A stretch of 64,000 bases of DNA, from the NCBI GenBank assembly GCA_027923505.1, contig BROI01000002.1:2108001-2172000 (forward strand), written 5' to 3'. A program made the translations under genes and the position numbers. Origin of the DNA: Mayamaea pseudoterrestris. Its lineage: Eukaryota. The notes below the pieces were generated by a model. It was not told the origin of the DNA. It saw only the letters and a list, made by a program, of their open reading frames with translations, and did not search any database. Shown here in pieces: positions 55,048 through 64,000 of this stretch (its first letter is position 1; each line of letters starts with the position of its first letter).

Positions 55048-55466
55048 GATGAATTGTGTATATAATCGTCGGCAGCAGATGCTTCTGTGTCTGTTCTAGG
55101 ATCTGCGTTTCAAAAAGTGAAATGAAATGCGAAGACTCGAGATTAAAAATCAAGGCTTACGTAGCCTGGTAGTAAGCGAAAATTCGACTCAGTTCAAAGT
55201 GCTTGTGCATATGCTCACTCAAAATCCTTGCCTAAACAGACGGAATGATGCTGCATGGAACAGCGCAGGTCATCGCTGACTCGCATTTCGCGCCCATCAT
55301 CATGGCGCGAGCAATGACGTTGCCCCAAATTCTTTGAAAATGTCGCAACGGTTCTGTCACGCCTTCTCTGATTCATCACGCGATCATGACGAGCATCTCA
55401 TCTGCGACTCTGTGCATATTACCATCATCATTACCTGTCTCCTACACTACAAACTTATTTATCAAG

Positions 55467-56111
55467 ATGAATTACAGACAATCCGCGTTTCTGGTCTGGT
55501 TGCTGGCTGCTTCAGTCAGTGCCTTTACCGTTCAGCATCCCATTGTTCAGACGTCATTAAGAGCATCACCAAACGCTCCGTCTACTACCCTCTATGCCAA
55601 GGGCTTTGGCAGCGACAGCTCCAGCAAGTCATCAGAATCATCCTCTAGCAGCACGAAAAATGCTAATAGCAACGGCGCTCAATTAAACTGGTGTCCCACC
55701 CTGGCCAAAGTATCCGATCTGCCGCAAACCGACGGCTCCATGAGCATCATTGACACGAACTTGACTACGCTCAAGAATGGCGCCACCAATCCCACGGGCG
55801 CCGTTTCCGTGGCGCGCATTCAAAACAACGTTTACTGCTACGGCGTCAATTGTCCGCAGTGCAAGATTCCACTCACCAAGGCCATGCTGCTGAGTGCATC
55901 TACAAGCAGCAATGCGCCCCGACTGGCCTGCACCTTTTGCAAGTCCACCTACAATCTAAACACTGGCGCCAAGGTGGAAACGGCAAAGGAAGTGTCCGGA
56001 GGAATAATTTCCGGCATTGTCAAGAGCGTCTTTGCGGCGCAGGACGGAGGGCCATTGCCAATCTACAAGCTGGGAGAAAAGAATGGCAAGGTGCTGATTG
56101 CGCTTGATTAA
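55467..56111 (+). CDS. Plastid-targeted Rieske-fold protein with an atypical CxxC/CxxC ligand set
   Basis: ATG at 55467, ASVSA-F presequence, then YCYGVNCPQCKIPL...LACTFCKSTYNLNTG...LPIYKLGEKNGKVLI. Confidence 0.75.
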   Translation: MNYRQSAFLVWLLAASVSAFTVQHPIVQTSLRASPNAPSTTLYAKGFGSDSSSKSSESSSSSTKNANSNGAQLNWCPTLAKVSDLPQTDGSMSIIDTNLTTLKNGATNPTGAVSVARIQNNVYCYGVNCPQCKIPLTKAMLLSASTSSNAPRLACTFCKSTYNLNTGAKVETAKEVSGGIISGIVKSVFAAQDGGPLPIYKLGEKNGKVLIALD

Positions 56112-56272
56112 AAGTGGTGTTTATGCTAACGAGACATGTTACACGTACTTGTACTTATTAATGAATAGCTACGTATTATCAATCTTGCTTTAACGACAAG
56201 ATTATAGGCTTGATCCAATAGTTACCAGCAGGAGCCGAATAGGCATAAAAATGAAACAATACTTTGATGCGT

Positions 56273-56863
56273 TTACTCTGAACTAGGAGCTGGTGGAGGA
56301 GGCACCTTGGATGCATCAATTGGACTCAATAGCGTGTTGATCCAGTTTCCGACTGAGATTCCTGAGGGTCTTGGTCCATTCTTCTTAGCCGTCTCTACTG
56401 GATCATCAGGATAGATTTTCAAATTATAACCAAATTCCAGAAACTCATCTCCCTTCAACTGCGGATACACACGACTAATCGCAGCCTTGAGTCCTTGCTC
56501 ATTCGCAAAAATGGCATCCGACACTTGGGCCGCTCGCGGCACGGCAATGGCGCCGCACGGCATCCATCCCTTGTCGCCAGCTTCGCCACCCGATCCAAAC
56601 TGTCGCACCCATACGTTGTACTCTTGTCCACCCTGCGAGGCAATTTCGTCATACTTGCTGCTTTCCTTCTCGCGCTTGATTTGGCCGTCGGATTTTTCGC
56701 GACGAGTCTTGCTTGATCCGAAACCCTTGGGTGTGGATGAATGAAGAAGAGTCGATGATGATGTTGATACAACTTGACGTGAGCGAGTGAGACTACCGGT
56801 AGTGGTAAAAGCACATGCCGAGGACGACAGCAGAGCGATAGTTAGGCTATAAAGGTATTTCAT
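56273..56863 (-). CDS. Plastid-targeted HHL1-like protein (cyanobacterial-type)
   Basis: ACA-F presequence, KGFG, and WMPCGAIAVPR...AIFANE..L...YPQL...EFGYNLK..PDDP. Confidence 0.7.
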   Translation of the reverse strand: MKYLYSLTIALLSSSACAFTTTGSLTRSRQVVSTSSSTLLHSSTPKGFGSSKTRREKSDGQIKREKESSKYDEIASQGGQEYNVWVRQFGSGGEAGDKGWMPCGAIAVPRAAQVSDAIFANEQGLKAAISRVYPQLKGDEFLEFGYNLKIYPDDPVETAKKNGPRPSGISVGNWINTLLSPIDASKVPPPPAPSSE

Positions 56864-57544
56864 GGTCGGGCAGGTATTTGGCGGTCAGTAATGTTCTTGA
56901 TATGGTGCGCAGGATGATGGATGATGAATCAGAGAGGGCTGACCATCACATCGCGTTGTTCGTCATCGCGCGGGCGCTTCGTGGTTTCGATGTCGTGGAA
57001 AACGTCATAGTGTCACAGTAAGTACTAGTACGATATATTCGCCAAAAGGACAAACTTGAGCACCCGCGTGCGCTATGAACCGGCATGCATCGTAACATAA
57101 GTGGTCTGGAAATACAAAGTTGCTTACGAATACATTAAATGTAGGCCTGTCAATCGCGCGATGTGGATCAAGACACAATTTCGAAGGAGGAGGAGCACTG
57201 GAGGAGCAGAGTTTACGGCTACTTGGAAACACTCCTGGGATGACATTGCTGGGTCAACTTGGGCGATCAAGCAATACTCTGGCAACAGGCGCTATCGAGC
57301 AATCGTCGGAGCAAAGCTCGGGTCATATTTTTGATCTAGGTCGAAGACGGTCGAAGTGACGGTGCTTGCTGTGCAATGCCGTGCTATACGAGATCAAGGC
57401 ACGAAATAGTGCGTTTCAACTAATGCCAGCACAAACGTTTGTCAAAGTACGACACACAAATCCTTTTGACAAGGCAAATTTATTGTCGCCATCACTTGTC
57501 AAGGCCATTTTAAAACCTCAAGTACCGTATATGGCGCACCTACT

Positions 57545-59064
57545 TCAAGATGCAATCACCGAGCTCACAGGGAATGGATCGCGCTTGCTCAGCACTAGCA
57601 CACGCTTGGTATGACTCAAGTAGCCTCGTACGTAGCCACGGAAAATGAGATTGGCCAAAATGCATTCCACTTCATCCAAATCAATTGGCATTCCCAGCCA
57701 TCGGAACGTATCCGAGACTTGAATCAGGGAGATCTGGTGGCGCTCGAGTATGACATGTATTCGCTTGAACAAGTTGCGGTAGCACACCGTCTTGCACTTT
57801 TCGAGCAGCAGATACGTCCCTTGTCTGTGTTGTGCCCACAACAATGGAATTATGGTTAGAATGTCAAATCTCTTGTGTACCTGCTAATGCATCACCGCTT
57901 GTTTGAGAAACAGGGACGTACCGGATGAAGATATGCTGAAATTGTAGCAAGCTGTCATGAAACGTGCGCAAGTTTCCGGTTCGAATTGCTTCGCTTACGG
58001 CCACAAACTCGACCAGTCCATACTTTTGCAGCACTGCTCATAACATTCAAAAGAATTTTGTGAGTCATTCAAAGTTGTCAAGACTCTCACCAGCCAAATA
58101 TAGAAGAACTATCACTCACATGCTGCACTTGGCAGTCTACCTCGATACAACTTGACTGGCACCAAGTAGCGCAAAATCTTGCGCTTGTTGCGCATTCCAG
58201 CCTCACTTTTTGCATGACAGTTTCGAAGCGCACACTCCAAACTCGTCTCCGCCACAGCATACTGATCCTCGTACAAGCTCAAACGACCAGAGTAGTAGCG
58301 GTAAGTGACCATGGGTGCGCTCCGCAGACTGCCGTGCACGTGCAAGCCCTTGGACTCGACGGGCTTGACCAAGTTCTTGCACAGGCGGAGCGTGTTGAGT
58401 CGAAAGTATATTGAAAATAGTTCATTGACAATCACCAAGACGCCAACCTTTTTCGATCCTTCGGAACTATACACTGGCAAACTTGCTGCATCATTCTCGT
58501 TATCAGGCTCCGGAAGCGCCTTGCGATCGTTAAAGGTTCGACTAAAGGATTCCTGCAGTAGCGTGACAGCGTTTTGTAGTTTGGGTTGGTCGTTCGATTT
58601 TGTGGAGCAATCCGCTTGCATGGCGATGCGCTTCGTGTTGCGGCAAACCGCATGGAGCGCTGGAAGAAGAGTATTGCCAGGTGATGATGGCAATACTTGA
58701 TTGAAGGCTGCGTGAAGAGACGCTTGGTGTTCGTAGCATTTGATTGCGTAGCCCTGGGTGAAAATAATCGAGGTGCAGATTGAGCTATGATAAAGGTGCA
58801 TGTCAATAATGATAGGCAATGCAACCTTCTCCTTCTAGTACTTACTGCTTCTGCAGCCGCCCATGCGTTAATGAATGAAGTCAAAACTCCAGTCCAGTCC
58901 AAGCCATCAATTTGCAGACTCTGTTCCGACGCAAATTGAGGTTCGTGTGGTTGCTGCGAGGCGGCGACGTTTGGAAGCGACTTAAAAAGTTCCGCCAATG
59001 CAAATGGAGCAGACGACGGGACTGCCGCCTTAAAGGCCTTTTTCAAGGCTTTGTGATCGACCAT
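57545..59064 (-). CDS. PCID2: PCI domain-containing protein 2 (PCID2/CSN12/Thp1), 4 exons
   Basis: Introns 58754-58845, 58034-58119 and 57825-57921 all keep frame. Motifs YFRLNTLRLCKN, VTYRYYSGR, NKRKILRYLVPV and EVECILANLIFRGYVRGYLSH...VLSKRDPFP. Confidence 0.93.
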
Positions 59065-59733
59065 GATTGTTTTGGGGTTGTCACTTTCATCGGCGACTAC
59101 CGGTATATATCATGCGGTTGTTGCTCTGGTTCGACAAGAATCTAATCAAGTCTCACTGGCACTGAAGCTTTCATGGCCAGCTGTTTTGTCGGACAAGCGT
59201 TTTCACTGTAGCGTTCGATTCAATCGCTTGGCATTGTCACCTCAAAGGTTTGTCCTTATAGTCCCGCCATTGTAGCTTTGAAGCAACCGCTCATGCTGCA
59301 AACAATATTGGTGATTACAACCAAGATGATACATTGCCGCAAGTAGGCAGTCGCAATTCAGAAACGACTGCAGCGGAAGCAAACGACCCGCTCCGCACAA
59401 CCGCGAAAGGAATCGCTAAAGGTTATCACAGTTCTGCTGTTGGAGTCTCAAATATACAGGCCAAAAAATCTGATGATAGCAAGTGGGCAAGTGATGTATT
59501 TGAGACGTATCTATCTTATGCATTATGTCACTGATTGAAATGAAAGTACTGTACGCTTTTCGTGTCACATTTTGTGAGTCGCTCAATCGGTCGGCGTTCA
59601 TTGCCCCAGCTCGCTCGACGCGGCTTACTTGGCAGGTGCGTCTAAAGTGTAGAGCTTATCCGTGCATTATGTACGAGCATGAATCGTCGGTGCTTGCACA
59701 TTCGTGGCAGCAACCATGGACTTGGGCGAGCAA

Positions 59734-60705
59734 TTACAACTTGTCGCGAACAGCGGCATCATTCACATCAGTCTCCTGCAACAAACATTGAGAATATCTT
59801 GCTCCGAGGCTGTGGTATGCATTGTAGATTGCTTGATTGGGAGATAGGTTTATAGTCGAATTGTCACCGCGGACTCGTTCCGTTGAGTCGTCATACTCAT
59901 TTACGAGTAGGTCCAATGCCAGCCGCATAATTTCATGTCGCGCCGTTGCCGCAAACATGCTCGAGGAGAAATCCTGCAGATTGTAATTTCGAATCGCCAC
60001 AAATGTGCAATTGTGTAACGACGAGCCATTGGGCACTTGCATTGGCGGAGCGTCTGGGTCCACTGCGTACCCTCCAGTCGCATACAAGGCCGCCAGCCGA
60101 CAAAGCGCAGCCTTGCCGGCATTGTCCGTAAGTAACGTATAGTATGAGTCCAGTCTTGGTTCTGCCTCGTGGATGATGCGTAAGCAGTCCGTCTCGTTGA
60201 GCACGTTGTGCAGTTCTGCCGTCTGTGGATGTTTCGAGTCGACTTGCAATGCCTCATTAAACATGGACAATCCTCTATCAGCAAAACGACTCTTGACAAT
60301 AATTGCTTCATTGTCGTCTCGTTGCAAGTTGATTGAATAAAGAATGTTTGGAATGAAAGCTGGCGACGAGTCGTTTGGGATGTCATTGAAAGTGGAGTGG
60401 TCGGACGCATTGTTGCCAGTCTCGCCGCCGCCTTGGACTATCGGCTGACGAAGAGGCGGAGGTCGCCGAAGATATTTTCTAGTATTTGTCTCATTGACTC
60501 TCGATTCTTGATTCGAAAAGACGACTCGTATTTGCTCATCTCGTGCAGATTGATGGAAAGGCATGTGGCGTCGATCCGTTGAAACCGTCGGGTGCAGGTG
60601 GAGCAAGTGACGAGACTCGCCTCGCATTGAGCGTCGATTTTTGTGCAGCAAGGTGAATTGTATCAAGAGACAGCAAAGGACCGCTGCCCACAGAATGGCA
60701 GTCAT
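59734..60705 (-). CDS. GT32 (DxD sugar-binding) glycosyltransferase-like protein, possibly degenerate
   Basis: N-terminal transmembrane segment, IPNIL and KAALCRLAALYATGGYAVDPD (canonical form is ADxxR...GGxYxDxD). Confidence 0.6.
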   Translation of the reverse strand: MTAILWAAVLCCLLIQFTLLHKNRRSMRGESRHLLHLHPTVSTDRRHMPFHQSARDEQIRVVFSNQESRVNETNTRKYLRRPPPLRQPIVQGGGETGNNASDHSTFNDIPNDSSPAFIPNILYSINLQRDDNEAIIVKSRFADRGLSMFNEALQVDSKHPQTAELHNVLNETDCLRIIHEAEPRLDSYYTLLTDNAGKAALCRLAALYATGGYAVDPDAPPMQVPNGSSLHNCTFVAIRNYNLQDFSSSMFAATARHEIMRLALDLLVNEYDDSTERVRGDNSTINLSPNQAIYNAYHSLGARYSQCLLQETDVNDAAVRDKL

Positions 60706-61201
60706 GGTGAAACGATTCCAAAGAGTTGTGTGTCGTGGTTTGGTGGACCATCCAGTAATTTTCAAAAACGGCGATCATTGCAAGGCTCGGCTGGCGTGAT
60801 CTGCATGTCGTAGCAGTGATGCTGTGACATATTAGCTATGACGATCAGATATTTGAGCCGGTGCAGATACAGATAGCACTGATAAGCAACTGTATCTATA
60901 ATTGAATTAATAGAAATTTTGGGTTGGGTAGAAGAAATCTAGCTAAACATTCCTACATTCAAATTTGGCTGCAACTCGTCGCAAAAGTATGGTACCGTCA
61001 CACCTAACAGTTAACAGTACGCTACGAGTGTTTACGCTCCATACATCCAGTTATACAAGGCAAATGCGGGCATATAGATGCATATGATACTCGGTCTACT
61101 TTTCTTTGTTTACTATGCAGGGAGCAACTCGTCTTGCTCCAGATCAACTCGATTTAACTCAAACTCGCTCGTACCAATCTCTTTACTTCGCCATGTCAAC
61201 A

Positions 61202-61837
61202 TCATCCGCCATCGTCATCATTGCCATCATCCTCCGCAACATGCACCACCTCGTCCGCCTCGCTGTCGTTTCCTCCCAGCACTCGCTCGACCCGTCCCGA
61301 CATTACGTCGACAGCTTCTCCCAATGACACGAGAAATTCAGGCATATCGTGAAAACTATTGCCCATGTCAAAGCTTTCACTGATCGATATACAGCCAATA
61401 TGGTCGAAGTTGGAGGATGCATCGCCTGTAGAGTTGGGCGACTCGCGGTCGCGTAGGCGCGCTTAACCCAAGTTGCGATGAACGAGACCGAGCGGCGCCG
61501 ACGCAATCTCAATCTCTGGAACGACGCGATGCGCATATTCTGACGCATTTTGAATGGCTTCATGTACCGATATAAAGTTGGCTTTATTACATTTGTCTGC
61601 AAATGAAACCAAGCTTTCCAAAATGTCATCAACCAAGGGTTCGCGTGCTCCATCCATTATCAATCGAGTCAAGCTCAAGCGCCGCAAAGTATCAGCAACC
61701 AGTGTTTCGCATTCGTCAGTTCCAAAAAGGCGCACAATCTCTTGCTGCGCTGGGCCTTCGTCAATAATGCAATTCATATAGTCGCTAATGAGAAACCAAA
61801 TTTTGAGTCGCTTTCGAAAAGGTACAGCCCCAGCCAC
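61202..61837 (-). pseudogene. Possible interrupted reading frame (unknown protein)
   Basis: ORF 61463-61837 stops at TAA, but the same frame stays open for 86 more protein-like codons to a TGA at 61202-61204. Confidence 0.3.
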
Positions 61838-62776
61838 AAGATGCAGGAAACCATCGATTGATTCTGAAAGGTAATAATTTATATGACATTGTTAGAATAT
61901 ATGGAATCGAATGTACTTCCCTTGCTGTGAGGTATGACATCAACTTTTTGAACGGGCATCGGTAAATATATCGTCCGAATCTTCGGTTACTCTCTCTACT
62001 TTCCATGATGCATGCGGATGCTCCTGCCGTCCCCGTGTCCTTTGGGACTTACCATCCATGTTTGTACTCTTCAATATTGCAAGGTGATGCAAGAGAGTGA
62101 GAGTGAGAGGAGAGCATGCAATGCAATGCAATGCTGCGACGGTGGAAGAATGACGGGCGCGGCAGACACGAAAATTCCGCATGTGACGTCATCACTGGCG
62201 ACTGACAAAATCCAGTCAAGAATCAACTTACGCGTTGAACCGCCTTGACGGTCGGTGGCGAAATGCACAAAAGGCCATTGACACAGGTCAATTTATTTTC
62301 GTTCTTATCAAGCAGATATGCTAATTGTCGCTTATTGCTTGTTTGCAATGGCTTGCGCGGCCGGTTAAGTGACCGTGGAACAATGCGTGTTGACGAAGGC
62401 GGTCTTGGAGGCAGCAGCTTCTTTTTCAAAGAATTTGCATTTGTTGCAGATGCCATTTTGCTACTTGTAATAGCTAAGTGTGTGATATATAGGCGCAATG
62501 TCTGGAGGATATTAGTCTTTCTCGCAGATCAAGCTGCAGTACGAGGAGACAGCAATGTTCGTGGATCAGTTGTGAAGGGAAGCGTTTCGTTGTTTGCGAT
62601 GCATTCGACCGCAAATTCCGCGAGCGTTTGGTCAAGTGTCGCAGCGATGATACGTCGTACCGGTATCACTTGTACTGCATTCCGAAACGCGAGAGCCACC
62701 GATTCACATTGTTTCTCGGCCATGATCAAAATCCATTCATCTGTGAGCATCATATTCTATAATTGAACTCAACAAT

Positions 62777-64000
62777 ATGACAATACCATTACAAGTGTCG
62801 AGTCAGCTGATCAGTGACAAGTCTACTTTGCGTCCGCTAACGACGCCAGAGCTTGGTGGCGTGGGATCCCGCTTCATCTTGTTGCCAACGACTCGTTCCA
62901 TTACGGTGCTTTCCGAGCATTCAGGCCAGCGTGTGGCTATCATCTTGGCGAATGACTCCGGATTGCCTATTATTCAATGCATGACAATATTGTCGCGTCC
63001 GATTCAGTCTGGAGCAGCAGCAAGCGCTGTGAATGAAGCAATCAAAACTTCCATGCAGCAGCCGCGAAAGAATGCCATGAATGGAAATGCTGCTGCTACG
63101 GAGAATTGGCTACTTTTGGGATGCAGTGACGGAACCATTCGACGGGTGACATTATCGCTGGAAAGTTTAAAGGTCTCGTCAACGTCGGCTACTTGCTCCG
63201 GGTTGAAAGTTGCTGGACCTTGCTTGCTTCCCGAGCAAATTTACAAGGTTGCCAATGATGCAAAGATACTTTTGCTATCTGCAGTTCCTTTGTCAGCGAC
63301 TGGTAGAAACAATTCTACAAATGACGATTCTTCTATTCACATCTTGATGCAGCGAAAGGACGACGTGAAACGAGTGCAATTGTGTAAACTTGCCGTTTCA
63401 TTGCTCGATCATCTAGCAGTTGACGGAAATGCAACTGATCAAGTCATTGATATGGCAGAGTCTCTCGTATGCTTGGACGAATTTGAAAGGCTTGTTGAAA
63501 CGGTTGCACCGGACGATTCGACTGACAGAAAGTCACACAAGAAGGACAAGAAGAGCAAGAAGAGCAAGAAATCTAAAAAGGAGAAGAAGCCGCGGCAAGA
63601 TGTGGCCTTGGAAATCGTTTCGCGTGACGTTGTTCCGTTCGTCATGGCAGCTGCTCATGTTTCGGAATCTCTGCTGATTGTACTTGCCAGTCGTACGTGT
63701 CTGCATATTTACTGCGATGACCCAAGGGCAGCGATCATTGACGGGCAAACCAAATGCGTGGACATGGACCTTAACAAGGGACGCAACTCAATGACTGCCA
63801 TGGCCATGTCGTCCACGCATGTTGCCGTTGGGTACAGGTCGGGCGAGATCCATTTGCTAGACAGTCTGCTGGTGTTGACGCAGAAGTATTTGGTTGGTGG
63901 TGGCGACAAGACGCATCATCCGTCGCAAACCGTATTGACTCGCAAGTTTCATTGGCATGCGCACCCCGTCGCCTGTTTGGAGTTCTCGAACAGCAACAAT
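62777..64000 (+). CDS. WDR75: WDR75/UTP17/NAN1 (t-UTP/SSU processome), 5' part only (runs off the right edge)
   Basis: Not in the ORF track. The frame is open from the ATG at 62777 to the window end, with WD-like segments (WLLLGCSDGTIR, VAVGYRSGEIHL) and the signature RKFHWHAHPVACLEFS. Confidence 0.82.
   Translation, partial: MTIPLQVSSQLISDKSTLRPLTTPELGGVGSRFILLPTTRSITVLSEHSGQRVAIILANDSGLPIIQCMTILSRPIQSGAAASAVNEAIKTSMQQPRKNAMNGNAAATENWLLLGCSDGTIRRVTLSLESLKVSSTSATCSGLKVAGPCLLPEQIYKVANDAKILLLSAVPLSATGRNNSTNDDSSIHILMQRKDDVKRVQLCKLAVSLLDHLAVDGNATDQVIDMAESLVCLDEFERLVETVAPDDSTDRKSHKKDKKSKKSKKSKKEKKPRQDVALEIVSRDVVPFVMAAAHVSESLLIVLASRTCLHIYCDDPRAAIIDGQTKCVDMDLNKGRNSMTAMAMSSTHVAVGYRSGEIHLLDSLLVLTQKYLVGGGDKTHHPSQTVLTRKFHWHAHPVACLEFSNSNN

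Noticed and set aside
57005..57540. Short ORFs between the HHL1-like gene and PCID2
   Set aside because: No ATG-initiated frame of convincing length or similarity to any family.
62223..62753. Minus-strand ORFs joined by an in-frame TGA at 62529-62531, suggesting selenocysteine
   Set aside because: No redox motif around the TGA, no SECIS recognised and no family similarity; the region is the WDR75 upstream sequence.

Overview
Gene-dense eukaryotic nuclear DNA, most consistent with a pennate diatom. The supporting signs are short GT-AG introns of about 70-120 bp, bipartite signal-plus-ASAF-type plastid presequences, diatom-type gene families ('RGLE' and '...APAA' proteins, PS-repeat proteins) and a pyruvate kinase with a mitochondrial-type presequence. 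About 36 protein-coding loci are present. Recognisable ones are VPS52, VPS54, MOCS3/UBA4, ABTB1, pyruvate kinase, ESF2, a DUF676 lipase, two redoxins, POT1, an Ariadne RBR E3, a SAP-PPR protein, an HHL1-like protein, PCID2 and WDR75. Two partial genes at the window edges (a CBS protein and WDR75) are absent from the ORF track. No rRNA, tRNA, CRISPR array or recognisable autonomous transposon was found. The most unusual items are: a plastid-targeted TruA-fold protein lacking the catalytic Asp motif, fused to an intact TET/JBP-like 2OG-Fe(II) dioxygenase; a plastid Rieske-fold protein with four Cys and no His ligands; a zinc-finger plus apolipoprotein-L-like protein; an intronless transglutaminase-like protein; an over-represented intergenic palindrome TACCGGTA; a 48-bp near-perfect palindrome; and a putative pseudoknotted RNA between two convergent genes. 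All family assignments are motif recognition by eye; no database searches were run.
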